NCBI RefSeq assembly: GCF_032191835.1
Contig: NC_083232.1
Coordinates: 868,001 to 932,000 of the forward strand
Direction: 5' to 3'
DNA: 64,000 nucleotides
Origin: Heteronotia binoei
Lineage: Eukaryota
Part shown: positions 10,849 to 23,231 of the stretch, piece by piece
How the letters are laid out: each line of letters opens with the position of its first letter
Numbering within the stretch: the stretch's first letter is position 1
Made by a program: the position numbers and the translations under genes
The notes under the pieces: generated by a model
Databases searched by the model: none
Told to the model about the DNA's origin: nothing
What the model saw: only the letters and a program-made list of their open reading frames with translations

Positions 10849-11253
10849 GTGGGGATTGCTCCACCTGCCTACAGGCTTTGCAAACTAAGTCATTCAGGAG
10901 TCCGCATGGTCCCTTTAAGGACATTCAGTAATTGCTCTTCACTGCTTGATATGTGGGTGCCCATGAGTGTATGTGGGAAGTGCTACCCATTCCTTAAAAC
11001 CAGGATTTGTGAACATAATTCCAGGGTCCACCCCTCAGTCCCAGATGCCCCTTTAGCTAACCATTTTGTGGAAATGGGCTGTGGGGCTGAGGATTTCAAG
11101 TTTCTCGTGTTATCCCAATATGAGGGAGAACGTGGCCAGGAGGGAAATATTTGTCTGACTTTGCTAAGGGAAGAAGCATACTGGACCTTTAAATTGGACT
11201 CTCTAGCTCCAAAGGGTCTCAATGTAAACATAGATTACTCAGGTTTTCTGTAA
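10849..11253 (+). mobile_element. Penelope-like element GIY-YIG endonuclease C-terminal remnant
   Basis: LKTRICEH...PLANHF...LLREEAYWTFKLDSLAPKGLN..DYSGFL* is typical of the PLE endonuclease C-terminus. Confidence 0.8.
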
Positions 11254-11764
11254 GAATGTATATCCCTTTAAATGAAGTGCTGTGTGGTATAGCCTCCTTG
11301 TAAGATTTTTTGTTAAATGCAGTGTTGTTTTTATAGCTTTTTTTGGCAAGAATTCATTGTTTATCATTCTTGTTGCAAGAATTAAATTGGATTTTGTAGC
11401 CCTAAAGGGTCTTAATAGAAATTTAGATTATTCTGTTTTTCTGTAAGAATGTATATCTCTTTAAATGAAGTCTTGTCTGTTATAACCTCCTTGTAAGATT
11501 TTTGGTTAAATTTAGATTACTCAGTTTCCCTGTGAGAATGTACGGCTCCTTAAATGGTGTAGTCTGCTATAACTTCGTAAGATTTTTGTCGATTGCAGAG
11601 CTGTTTTTATAGCTTGTTTGCAAGAATTTATTGGATAGAACCTGGTTGTAAGAATTTTGGCTAAATGCAGCATTGCCTTTGAGCTTTTGCAAGCTTTTTG
11701 CAAGAACTGTTGATATATAGCCCTTTAAATAAAGTGGAGGAGGAGGAGGAAGAGAAAGAGGAGG

Positions 11765-11990
11765 AGGAAGAGGAGGATATTGGATTTATACCCTACCCTA
11801 CACTCCAAATCTCAGAGCCGTCACAATCTCCTTTACCTTCCCCCCCACCACCACAACAGACACACTGTGTGGGTAGGTGGGGCTGAGAGAGCTCTCCCAG
11901 AAGCTTCCCTTTCAAGGACAACTCCGTGAGATCCATGGCTGACCCAAGGCCATTCCAGCAAGTGCAAGTGGAGGAGGGGGGAATCAAACC
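11765..11990 (-). mobile_element. Squam3-like SINE, 5' truncated
   Basis: Same family as 68-362. It ends mid-head. Confidence 0.8.
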
Positions 11991-12329
11991 CCCCAATCAA
12001 AGTGATAATTGTTTAGTGCAGTGTTGATATGAGGGAGTCCCTTTTCTGGAGCCTGAAGAAGCAATGAATTCACAAAATGGCTGTTCCAGCTAGCGGCCCC
12101 ATTCTGAGAGTGGTGTGGCCCTTTTTTGTTATAAGGGCTGAATCTGGCATAAATGTCACTTTGTGAGGCCAGGCCATGCATGCCATAAAAGGAACATGAA
12201 GTATCAGAGATATAAACTTTATAAAGGCGATTTCAGGTGCTAAATGGCAATAGCATGTGAATGACAACAGCAGACTTGATTGGATTTGAGATGAAATGCA
12301 GAGGGGGAGCAGGGCATGAAGATACTAGC

Positions 12330-12620
12330 ATTGATAATGAGACAGGAAACCAAGGTCTCAATTCCATCCAGGAGGATTTAGACCAGGAGGATGCAAAGAA
12401 TAAATGGATGTAAATCTGACATTAGCCACCACAACATTCATCTGTGGCCTAAGAACAGCTGTGCTCTTACAAAGGCATTTCAAGGGGCGATTAGAGAGAG
12501 AGACTGCTGAGTTGCAACTGATAATGGAGCTCAAGACAATGCATCCTCCTGGACTGAATCAAGACCTAGGTTTCCTGTTTTCTTATCAATGCATGCTATT
12601 TTCATTTGGCATCTGAGAGA
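12330..12620 (+). mobile_element. Penelope-like GIY-YIG C-terminal remnant with short inverted copy
   Basis: HFKGRLERETAELQLIMELKTMHPPGLNQDLGFL. Positions ~12330-12385 are the reverse complement of ~12540-12595. Confidence 0.75.
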
Positions 12621-13366
12621 TATAAGGACCAATCCAACTGTTCTAATTCCCGATCAAGGTCTTTTTGAAAGAAAATAAATCTAGATAGGAACAGAGAAAT
12701 CCTATCATTTAAAAAAAAATCAGAAAAAAGCCAAAATAATTTCCTCAATGTATATTGTGCTTGTCAGAAGAATCCGTTCATTCACCCACCCACCCTCCCT
12801 TCCCCTGTAAAATAAGTGTGCTTGCACACAAAAACTTATACCGGGAATAAAATGTTGTTGGTCCTAAACCTACCATGGGGCTCCAACTTTTTTTGGTCTC
12901 TCTCTCTTTCCTCCCGTCTTTCTCTCCAAAAGAGGTGCAGCCCTGAAGAAGGAAGCAGATGCTCTGTGTGTGTGTGTCTGTGTGAGTGTCTGTGAGTAAG
13001 ACTGAGACAGAGGGGAGGGGGAGGGAGGCAGGAAACAGGAAGCAAAAGCTACTGAAGGAGCTGAGGGAAAAGAAAGTGACGGTGCAGCTGTAGCAGCAGC
13101 CCTGGAAAGGAACCTGGAGAAGGAAGTTGCTTAGGAGACAGATTTGAACCCTCTGCGAGCTGGATGCAGCCTGCAGGCCACATGATTGACACCCCTGCCT
13201 TAATCTATGCAAGAGCAACCTGCAGTCTTGCTCTGGTCTGGACTTTCCGTCCTAAAGTCAGATCCGGGTGGGTCTGAAGCTACAGAACAAAGTTAAGAGT
13301 CCAACACACTTTTATTTAGGGTGTGAGCCTTCATAAACCGTTGTTGGTCTTAAAGATGCCACTGGA

Positions 13367-13584
13367 NNNNNNNNNNNNNNNNNNNNNNNNNNNNNNNNNN
13401 NNNNNNNNNNNNNNNNNNNNNNNNNNNNNNNNNNNNNNNNNNNNNNNNNNNNNNNNNNNNNNNNNNNNNNNNNNNNNNNNNNNNNNNNNNNNNNNNNNNN
13501 NNNNNNNNNNNNNNNNNNNNNNNNNNNNNNNNNNNNNNNNNNNNNNNNNNNNNNNNNNNNNNNNNNNNNNNNNNNNNNNNNNNN
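13367..13584. other. Assembly gap (218 N)
   Basis: Run of N. Confidence 1.
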
Positions 13585-14118
13585 CGTCGTTTCCAACTTT
13601 GGGGTGATGTTGCTTTCACGGCAGACTTTTTACGAGGTGGTTTCCCCCCAGTAAAGCGGCCCCGTGGCGCAGAGTGATAAAGCAGCAGCACTGTGGTCTG
13701 AACTCTCTGCTCGCAACCTGAGTTCGATTCCGGCAGAAGCTGGATTCAGGCAGCTGGCCCGAGGTTGACTCAGCCTTCCATCCTTCTGAGGTCGGTCAAA
13801 TGAGTCCCCAGATTGCTGGGGGGGAAGCGTAGAGGACTGGAGAGGGCAATGGCAAACCACCCCGTAAAAAGTCTGCCGTGAAAACCTTGTGAAAGCAACG
13901 TCACCCCAGAGTCGGAAACGACTGGTGCTTGCACAGGGGACCTTTCCTTCCCCCCAGCAAGCTGGGTACTCATTTTACTGACCTCGGAAGGATGGAAGGC
14001 TGAGTCAACCTTGGGCCAGCTACCTGAATCCAGCTTCTACCAGACTCAGGTTGTGAGCAGAGAGCTCAGACTACAGTACTGCAGTACTGCTGCTTTACCA
14101 TTCTGCACCATGAGGCCA
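13585..14118. mobile_element. Sauria SINE (+, ~13660-13950) nested inside an oppositely oriented Sauria SINE
   Basis: The minus-strand SINE is split at its ttccccccag segment, with a complete plus-strand copy in between. Confidence 0.75.
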
Positions 14119-14741
14119 CACTGGTCCTAAAGGCAGTCTGTAAATAGGGTACATCAATAAAAATAAATTAGTATCACAGTGACATCTAGCAACCATGGAA
14201 GGAATTGCAAGCAATGTGGTCAAAGTTAGCAAAAAAGCCCAAAATTTCAGCCACTGAAAAGATCTGCTGAATTCATCAGTCATGGGTGGGAGGGGAGGAC
14301 AAGTGTGGGAGAGGGAGAGACAGGCCTTGTCCCACTTAAAGAAATAAATATTCCTCCCATCACTCAAGCTCTGCTGTTACCTTTCTACCTCCACCTTGAG
14401 AAAGAGGTAAAGCTCCATTTGTGGAGGGCAGAGGGTGGAGTGCTGCTTCTTGCTCCCGCCCCTCTTCTTTCTCTTGCCTGTTGTCCAATCCAGAGTTTCT
14501 AGCTTCTGTATGGAAGCCCGGCCAGGTGAGAACTTTGAGGACAGTCTGAATTCTTTAACAGGAAAGGATCTCAATTTACTAAACATAGAAACATGCTTTG
14601 CTAGAGAGCCCAAGCGTCTCCCAGCAGATTCCCAGGAGCCAGCAGCCAGGGTCAGAAGCCTCTCACCTGTTGCTCCTTGCTGGGGCCTGCGTTGAGAGCA
14701 ATGCTGCCCCCGGGAATGGAGGTTCCATTGAGCTACCACGG

Positions 14742-16430
14742 CTAACACCTGTTCAGGGACCCTGTCTCCAGGAATTGGTCAGATTCTCTAAAGAATGCCT
14801 GAGGAGACCGCTGTTTCCACCCAGGGCATAATTTTATAAACCTCTGTTGTGTTCCCCTTTTTGTTGTGTTTTCTAGACTGCAAAGTCCCCGACTCTTCCA
14901 TCTCTCCTTATAGGGAAGGTGCTCTAACCCCCTAATCAACTTGGTTGCCCTCCTCTGTACTTTTTCCAGCTCTGAAATGTCCTTTTGCAGAGACAGCGAC
15001 CAGAACTGTACACAGGATTCCAAAATTAGGCTGCAGCATAGATCTATAGAGAAGCATTACATGCAGGGGTGTCAAACTCATGAGGGCCGGATCTGACATA
15101 AGTGAGACCTTGATGGACTGGGCCATGTCGGGTTAGGCTGAACCATTTCAGGCCAGGCCATGCGTGTCCCTATTTAAGATTAGGTAGCAGAGATACAGAT
15201 TTTATAAAGAACACAAACACAAATATATATATATTAAACTTAAAACATGCTTAGTTAAAACATTAGCACTTACTGGTCTTAAAGATGCTTTCTTTGTATT
15301 TCTCCCATGGGATCTGGGGAACTGGGCAAAGGAAGCTCTGGCTCTTTCCTTCCTTCCCCAGGGGACTGGAAGGGGGGAGTCTCAGCCAATAGAAGGAAGA
15401 GAGGCTTTGCTCAGTAGCTCCACTGTGCAATTGAGAGAGCCTGGCAAAGCAAGTTATTCCTCCCCCCTTTCCCCCCCAAGGGAGGAAAATAGAGGTTTTC
15501 CTCTGTAGCTCCTGTGCAAGGAAGTAAGATATAGGAAGAAGGAAGCCGATGACAGTCGGTTGCTCAGGGGCCTGATAGGAGCCCCCTGGGGGCCTGATTC
15601 AGCCCCCAAACTGCATAGAATCAGAGTTGGAAGGGACCTCCAGGGTCGTCTAGTCCAACCCTTTGCACAATGCAGGAAACTCACAAACACCTCCCCCTAA
15701 AGTCACAGGATCTTCATTGCTGTCAGATGGCCATCTAGCCTCTGTTTGAAAACCTTAAAGGAAGGAGAGCCCACCACCTCCCGAGGAAGCCTGTTCTGAG
15801 GTACCGCTCTAATGGTCAGGAAATTCATAGAATCCTAGAGTTGGAAGGGACCTCCAAGGTCATCTAGTTCAACCCCCTGCACCATGCAGGAAACTCACAG
15901 ATACCTCCCCCTAAACTCACTGGATCCTCATTGCTGTCAGATGGTCATCTAGCCTCTGTTTAAAAACCTCCAAGGAAGGAGAGCCCACCACCTCCCAAGG
16001 AATCATATTTGACACCCCTGCATTACAGTATCAGTCACATTATTCTCAATCCCTGTCCTATTAATTCCTAACACAGATTTTGCCTTTTTCACCGCCACAG
16101 CACACCAGCATGACACTTTCATGGAGCTCTCCACTGCAGCCTCAAGCCCTTTTCCCCTCTCAGTTTCAGCAAGTTCAGACCTCAGGAGCCATACTTGAAA
16201 CTGGGTTCTTTTACATCACCTTCCACTTACCGACACTGAACTTCCTTTGCCGCATTGTCGCCAGCTCACTCAACTTTGGGAGATTCACCTGGAGCTCTTC
16301 ACAGCAGGCCTTCATTTTCACCATCCTAAATATTTTGGTGCGACCTGCAAACCTGGCCTTTTTACACTTAGCCCAAATTTCGGGACATGTATGTGTCAAG
16401 ATGCCTTGCCATTTTTTTCTGTAGTCTGAA
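14742..16430 (-). mobile_element. CR1 RT fragment interrupted by a hAT-type MITE
   Basis: Minus-strand [26 protein letters not shown] (14742-15050) continues upstream at 16021-16430. Confidence 0.8.
15064..16020 (+). mobile_element. Non-autonomous hAT-like DNA transposon containing two CR1 3'-end inserts
   Basis: TIRs caggggtgtcaaac / tttgacacccctg. Near-perfect 8-bp TSD cattaca(t)g / cattacag. CR1 tails lie at ~15613-15830 and ~15830-16000. Confidence 0.7.
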
Positions 16431-16649
16431 GTATTTCACTTTCCTGTCTCTCTGCTTTGCTTGCACCTATCTCTGTGCAACAGTTATCAAATGCTTTCAG
16501 CCTAGTCTCAAGGGTTACCAAGGCCACTCTTGAAGAGTATGTGCACCTGCAATTGCGATGGGAAATATTGGGGGGGAGGGATTGCCGCTTCCCGCTTTCC
16601 TTTGAAAATATAACGGTTCTAAGCAAATAGATCTAAGTTATATTTGTAC

Positions 16650-16872
16650 CATTTACATTCTAAACCACTGCCTACCAGATAATTTTACTATTCTGTCATT
16701 GGATCTTAAATCTGTACAATTTTACATTCTGAGCCATTGCCTACCAGCTATGTGTGGCTCTGCTCACTGCCAGATTCCTCATCTGATGAAGTGTGCTTAG
16801 AGCAAACGAAAGCTTACGTTCTGAATAAAAGTAAGTTGGTCTTAAAAGTCCTATTGACTCCTGTTTGGTTCT
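16650..16872 (+). mobile_element. Penelope-like element 3' end
   Basis: Homologous to 2340-2561. Contains AATAAA and the ttggtcttaaa...gactcctg end. Confidence 0.75.
16780..16818 (+). ncRNA. Minimal hammerhead ribozyme motif (PLE-associated, type I)
   Basis: cat-CUGAUGA-a-GUGUGCU-uag-AGCAAAC-GAAA-GC-UU-acg: intact core, stem II with one mismatch, palindromic AAGCUU in place of stem III. Confidence 0.6.
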
Positions 16873-17209
16873 GAGCAAAGTGATGAGAGGGGCAAAAGCC
16901 CACCAAGTCATTTTTCACAAAGTCCATCTTGACTATAGCTGTCATGAGTCAATAAATATCCATCAATGAAATGGACTGTTTGTGATCATTGATCTGCTGG
17001 GGTCTTGACAGTATGAATGAATAGCACTGGCCCCAATCCTGATTCTTGTGGGACCCCCACTGCCCTCTTGCCTCTCCATGTTGTGATTCAGTTTTCAAGA
17101 GTTCTCAGCAGTTGAAATGTCTGTGTATATGTTTCACTTACCCATGTTCTGCTCTAATGCCCATGTTTTAATGTCAAAATGTCTTAATGTTTGGATGCTT
17201 CCCACCTCA

Positions 17210-17970
17210 AGAACGAGAAGATGATATTAGATTTATATCCCACCCTCCATTCTGAAGAGTCTCAGAGCAGCTCACAATCTCCTTTACCTTCCTCCCCCAC
17301 AACAGACACCCTGTGAGGTGGGTGGGGCTGGAGAGGGCTCTCACAGCAGCTGCCCTTTCAAGGACAACCTCTGCCAGAGCTATGGCTGACCCAGTGCCAT
17401 TGCAGCAGGTACAAGTGGAGGAGTGGGGAATCAAACCTGGTTCTCCCAGATAAGAGTCCACACACTTCAGCACTACACCAAACTGGCTCTCTATTAGAGC
17501 TATGGCTGACCCAAGGCCATTCCAGCAGCTGCAAGTGGAGGAGTGGGGAATCAAACCCGGTTCTCCCAGATAAGAGTCCACGCACTTCACCACTACACCC
17601 AACTGGCTCTCTATTAGAGCTATGGCTGACCCAAGGCCATTCCAGCAGGTGCAAGTGGAGGAGTGGGGAATCAAACCTGGTTCTCCCAGATAAGAGTCCA
17701 CACACTTAACCACTACACCAAACTGGCTCTCTATTAGAGCTATGGCTGACCCAAGGCCATGCTAGCAGGTGCAAGTGGAGGAGTGGGGAATCAAACCCGG
17801 TTCTCCCAGACAAGAGTCCACACACTTAACCACTACACCAAACTGGCTCTCTATTAGAGCTCTGGCTGACCCAAGGCCATGCTAGCAGGTGCAAGTGGAG
17901 GAGTGGGGAATCAAACCCGTTTCTCCCAGATAAGAGTCCGCACACTTAACCACTACACCAAGCTGGCTCT
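17210..17970 (-). repeat. Squam3-like SINE (17210-17490) extended by four tandem 120-bp head units
   Basis: Unit ctattagagctatggctgacccaagg...cactacaccaaactggctct starts at 17491, 17611, 17731 and 17851. Confidence 0.9.
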
Positions 17971-17974
17971 CCAG

Positions 17975-20900
17975 TTTGAGAAAGAAGAATACTTCAAATA
18001 AATGACTGGCTACATCGATGGTTTTGTCAGGAAAGATTCAGATTTTTGGACCATGGCTTACACTTTCGAGATGGTGGTCTTCTATCAGGAGATGGTTTGC
18101 ACCATACGGTGGTAGGAAAAGGGGTGTTTGGTAACAGCCTTGTTAACCTAATAAGGAGGGCTTTAAACTTAATTGTATGGGGGAGCGAGACAATAATTCA
18201 AAGCCTCGTATGATGCCAGAAACTGGGGATAAGAACATTAAAGATTTGCAAAGAGTGGCACATATGCTAGGTGATGTTAACTTGCAGGCTTGTACAGAAA
18301 CTAAACCCTCGGGATGCATAAAACATAGATTCCGATGTCTCTACACGAATGCATAGAGAATGGGAAACAAACAGGAGGAACTGGAAGTCCTAATAAAGGA
18401 AGGAGACTATGACATAATAGGCCTTACTGAAACTTGGTGGGATGACACCCACAACTGGAATATTAGGATTCAGAGGTACAACTTATTTAAAAGGGACAGG
18501 CAAATGAGAAAGGGCGGAGGTGTAGCAGTATACGTGAAGGAGGTACATACTTGTGAGGAAATATGTGAATCTGAGCATGGCAGCTCAGTTGAGAGTCTCT
18601 GGGTAAAAATAAAAGGAGTAAGAAATAACAGTGATATTATTGTGGGGGTCTGCTATAGACCACCAAGTCAGGCAGAGGACTTGGATGAGGTACTTCTACA
18701 GCAGATTGCAAAGTTCTCCAAGAGAAGGGGTACAGTGATCATGGGAGATTTCAATTACCTGGACATCTGTTGAAAGTCCAACTCTGCTAAAAATGAAAAG
18801 TCAAATAGATTCCTGACTTCTTGCTGACAACTTCCTTTTCCAGAAAGTGAAGAAGGAAACAAGGGGATCTGCTAACTTGGATTTGATTCTCACCAACAAG
18901 GAAGAATTAATTGAAGAAGTGGAAATAGTGGGCACCCTGGGCAGTAGTGACCATGTGATTTTGGAATTTACAGTCGTAGGGAAGGGAAAAGCTATACGTA
19001 GTCAGACTTGTAGGTTGGACTTCAGAAAGGCAAACTTTGATAAACTTAGAACTATGCTGGGTAAAATCCCATGGTCAGAAATACTTAGGAGGAAGGGGAT
19101 TCACGAGGGGTGGGAGTTTCTTAAAAGCGAAATACTGAAAGCGCAATCACAGATGATTCCTATGAGAAAAAAAAATGGAAAAAGCCTAAAGAAGCCAAAG
19201 TGGCTCCATAAACAGCTCTCTAAAGACTTGGAGAAATAAAAAAGACTCCTTTAGGAATTGGAAGGAGAGCCTTATAACCAAGGATGAATATAAACAAATT
19301 ACCAGTGCTTGTAGAGAAAAAGTTAGGAAAGCTAAAGCTCAACAAAAAACAACAAAAAAGGGTTCTTATGTTCAGAGTAAGAAAAAGAGCAAGGACATGG
19401 TAGGTCCATTGCGAGGGCAAGAAAGTGAAATTGTAGCGGGTAATGAAGAGGGAGGAACTGCTCAATTCCTACTTTTCCTCAGTCTTCTCTTCTGAGGGAA
19501 ACGGTGCTCAACATGGCAAAAACAGAACATATAAGGAGAGTATGAAGTTCCAACCTAGGATCAATGTAGGGGTAGTACATAAAACCTAGTTTCTTTAAAT
19601 GAAACTAAGTCCTCAGGGCCAGATGAATTGCATCCAAGGTTTCTAAAGGAGCTTGCGGATGTAATTTCTGAGCCTCTGGCTATTATTTTTGAGAATTCTT
19701 GGAGAACAGGAGAGGTGCCGGAAGATTGGAGGCGGGCGAATGTTGTCCCCATCTTCAAGAAGGGGAAAAAAGAGGATCGGGACCTGTCAGCTTGACGTCT
19801 ATACCTGGAAAAGTTTTAGAACAAATCATCAAACAGTTGGTTCTGGAACATTTAGAAAGAATGGATGTGATTACTAAGAGCCAGCATGGTTTTCTCAAGA
19901 ACAAGTCATGTCAGACTAACCTGATCTCTTTTTTAAAGAAAGTGACTATCTTGCTGGATCAGGGGAATGCTGTAGACGTCGTTTATCTTGATTTAAGTAA
20001 GGCTTTTGATAAAGTTCCACATACTAACCTTGTTGACAAGTTGGTAAAATGTGGTCTGAATCCTGTTACCGTTAGGTGGATCTGTAACTGGTTGACAGAT
20101 CGCACACAAAGAGTGCTTCTGAATTGTTCCTCATCCTCTTGGAGAGGAGTGACAAGTGGAGTGCCTCACGGATCTGTCCTGGGACCTGTTTTGTTCAACA
20201 TCTTTATCAATGATTTGGATGAAGGAATAGAGGGAATGCTTATTAAATTTGCAGATTATACTAAATTGGGAGGGGTTGCAAACACAGAAGAAGAAAGAAA
20301 CAGGATACAGGATGACCTTGACAGGCTGGAAAACTGGGCTAAAATCAGTAAAATGAATTTTAATAGGGATAAATGTAAAGTTCTGCATTTAGATAGGAAA
20401 AATCCAATGCATGGTTATAGGATGGGGGAGACTTGTCTTAGCAGTATTATATGCGAAAAGGATCTAGGGGTCTTAGTGGATCATACGCTGAACTTGAGTC
20501 AACAGTGTGATGCAGTGGCTAAAAAGGCAAATGCAATTTTGGGCTGTATCAACAGAAGTAAAGTGTCCAGATCACATGATGTGATGGTATCGCTTTACTC
20601 TGCTCTGGTAAGACCTCACCTGGAGTATTGTGTTCAGTTTTGGGCACCGCATTTTAAGAAGGATATAGACAAGCTGGAAGGGGTCCAGAGGAGGGCGACG
20701 AAGATGGTGAGGGGTCTGGAGACCAAGGAGCTGGGGATGTTTAGCCTGGAGAAGAGGCGGCTGAGAGGTGATATGATCACCATCAAGTACTTGAAGGGCT
20801 GTCATCTAGAGGATGGTGTAGAATTGTTTTCTGTGGCCCCAGAAAGTAGGACCAGAACCAATGGGTTGAAATTAAATCAAGAGTTTCCGGCTCAACATTA

Positions 20901-21125
20901 GGAAGAACTTCCTGACCATTAGAGCAATTCCTCAATGGAACAGGATTCCTCCTCGGGAGGTGGCGGGCTCTCCTTCCTTGGAGGTTTTTCAACAGAGGCT
21001 AGATGGCTATCTGACAGCAATGAAGATCCTGTGAATTTAGGGGGGAGGTGTTTATGAGTTTCCTGCATTGTGCAGGGGTTTGGACTAGATGACCCTAGAG
21101 ATCCCTTCCAACTCTATGATTCTAT
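17975..21125 (+). mobile_element. ~3.1-kb CR1 LINE, 5' truncated and inactivated
   Basis: ORF1 end (LLSGDGLH...LIRRALN). APE endonuclease (GLTETWW, YRPP, MGDFN). RT ([21 protein letters not shown]). 3' UTR ending ctatgattctat. Several stops and frameshifts split ORF2. Confidence 0.95.
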
Positions 21126-21217
21126 TTGAGAGGAAAGGCAGCAGAGAAACGTTTTGAATAATAAATAAATATGTTTAAGTTCAACTCTTGAACTTTGACA
21201 ATCCTTGCATATGTGAA

Positions 21218-21500
21218 GGAAAGGTCCCCTGTGCGAGTACCAGTCGTTTTTGACTGTGGTGACATTGCTTTCACAACGTTTTCACGGCAGACTTTTTACG
21301 GGGTGGTTTGCCATTGCCTTCCCCAGTCATCTACACTTTCCCCCCAGCAAGCTGGGGACTCATTCTACCAACCTCGGAAGGATGGAAGGCTGAGTCAACC
21401 CAGAGACGGCTACCCGAAAACCCAGCTTCCGCCTGGGATCGAACTCAGGTCGTGAGCAGAGCTTAGGACTGCAGTACTGCAGCTTTAACACTCTGCGCCA
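21218..21500 (-). mobile_element. Sauria SINE
   Basis: Family sequence. 10-bp TSD catatgtgaa at 21208-21217 and 21501-21510. Confidence 0.9.
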
Positions 21501-21599
21501 CATATGTGAACCAAAGACCTAAACTAGCCCTTGGCTCATTTTGAAATTAGGACTTTAAAACTCCTCTGAGCCAGGAGATTCTGGGGCATGACAGTAGCA

Positions 21600-21870
21600 G
21601 ACATAAGAACATAAGAGAAGCCATGTTAGATCAGGCCAATGGCCCATCCAGTCCAACACTCTGTGTCACACAGTGGCAAAAAATTTTTATATATATACAC
21701 ACTGTGGCTAATAGCCACTGATGGACCTCTGCTCCATATTTTTATCTAACCCCCTCTTGAAGGTGGCCATGCTTGTGGCCGCCACCACCTCCTGTGGCAG
21801 TGAATTCCACATGTTAATCACCTTTTGGGTGAAGAAGGACTTCCTTTTATCCATTTTAACCTGTCTGCTC
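21600..21870 (-). mobile_element. CR1 3' end (cttatgttcttatg-tailed type)
   Basis: The plus strand starts acataagaacataagagaagccatgttagatcagg. Confidence 0.8.
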
Positions 21871-22975
21871 AGACACACCTAGAGCCAGATCTTCTGCTGA
21901 ACCCAGTGCTTCACATTCAACCTGCAGTATAGGTGAGATCACCCTGTGACTTGACAGCCCTACCACCACCGAGGGTGAGACTGCAACTACCTGGGCCTTT
22001 TTGTCATGGTCATCACTGATCATGAGGACCAGCACCTTTGGTGGGACTCCCCAAATTCCTGAAAATAAATGCAGCCTTGTATCCAAGTATCAGCTCTTTG
22101 TACACACAGAGAGACACACACACAAAAAAAAGTGCTGGAAACCACCATCTCCTTGCTGAGAATCTGACACTGGAAGTAAAACCTACTGAGAGAAAACGGC
22201 TTTCCTACAAAGTTGTTCTTATAAGAGGCTGCACAGGCTACCCTTGAACCAGCTTCTCCCCCCACCCCGCCTCCCCCATCAGGCCTTGACCTGCATTCAG
22301 CTCTTCCACAGACACCAAGAAGCCATGCTGGTTGTAACAAGGGCATGGGAGGGGGGAGCCAGAAGCAGCTATGGAAAATGCACCCCTGCAGTTCTAGAGC
22401 TCCCCTCTCTCCATACAAGTCCTGGATGAGGCTGAAGGGGGGACATTAACCAAGCAGCAGACACAAAGGAGCACAAAACAGGGACCACATAAGTCCCTCC
22501 CATCTCTCAGACAGAAAATGTGGGGCTTGCCCCCATCACACCCTTCTGTGGACAGAGTCCCTTTTCTCTTTGGGGAGGAGCTGGTGCTCTACTTAAGAGA
22601 TGGGTCACCCCCGCCAACTCCTTGAGATCTCTGGGCACCCAAAGTCCAGTGGCCGCACAGCTGGACCTCTCAAGCCAAGCCATCAACTGCGCAACAGCTG
22701 GATCAGGTCCCCCTCGAAGAGCAGGCCTCACCACTGGTCTCAGGCCAGCACTTTTGAGCAGCTGTCTGGGGGGACATTATTGAGGTCAGGGGTCACTGGG
22801 GTGAAGCTGTTCTGAACCCTTCAGAGAAAACTCCAGCCATAAGACCAGGAAGGGCCAGGATTCCAGGTGGGGGACAGCTTCGCAAGGGAGGAAAGAACCA
22901 ATCACATCCCAGATAGGACTCGCTTTAGCATCTGAGGGAATCACAAAATGGCTGCCTTGAAGGCAGAACCCATCA

Positions 22976-23231
22976 CAGGGGCGGCCAAACGACAGCTCGG
23001 AAGCCACATGTGGCTCTTTCACACATACTGTGTGGCTCTCAAAGCCCCCACTGCCCCATCAGCTGGCTTGGAGAGTGCATTTAAAGTTGCTTTCTTTCCA
23101 CCTCTCCCTTCTTCCATTTGCCTTCCTTCCCATCTTGCGGCTCTCAAGCATCTGACATTCATGTCTTGTGGCTCTCAAACATCTGACTTTTTCTATGTGA
23201 CTCTTACGTTAAGCAAGTTTGGCCCCCCCTG
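22976..23231 (+). mobile_element. hAT-like MITE
   Basis: Inverted termini caggggcggccaaac / gtttggccccccctg. A homologous 3' half occurs at ~42300-42445. No clear TSD. Confidence 0.6.

Noticed and set aside
13312-13691. ORFs spanning the N run
   Set aside because: Artefacts of the assembly gap.
17370-17490. tRNA gene calls on SINE heads
   Set aside because: A and B boxes are present, but the sequence continues into the SINE body and is a high-copy repeat, not a full cloverleaf.
19699-20901. 400-aa RT ORF as an active gene
   Set aside because: Part of a 5'-truncated CR1 with frameshifts and stops in the endonuclease and tether regions.
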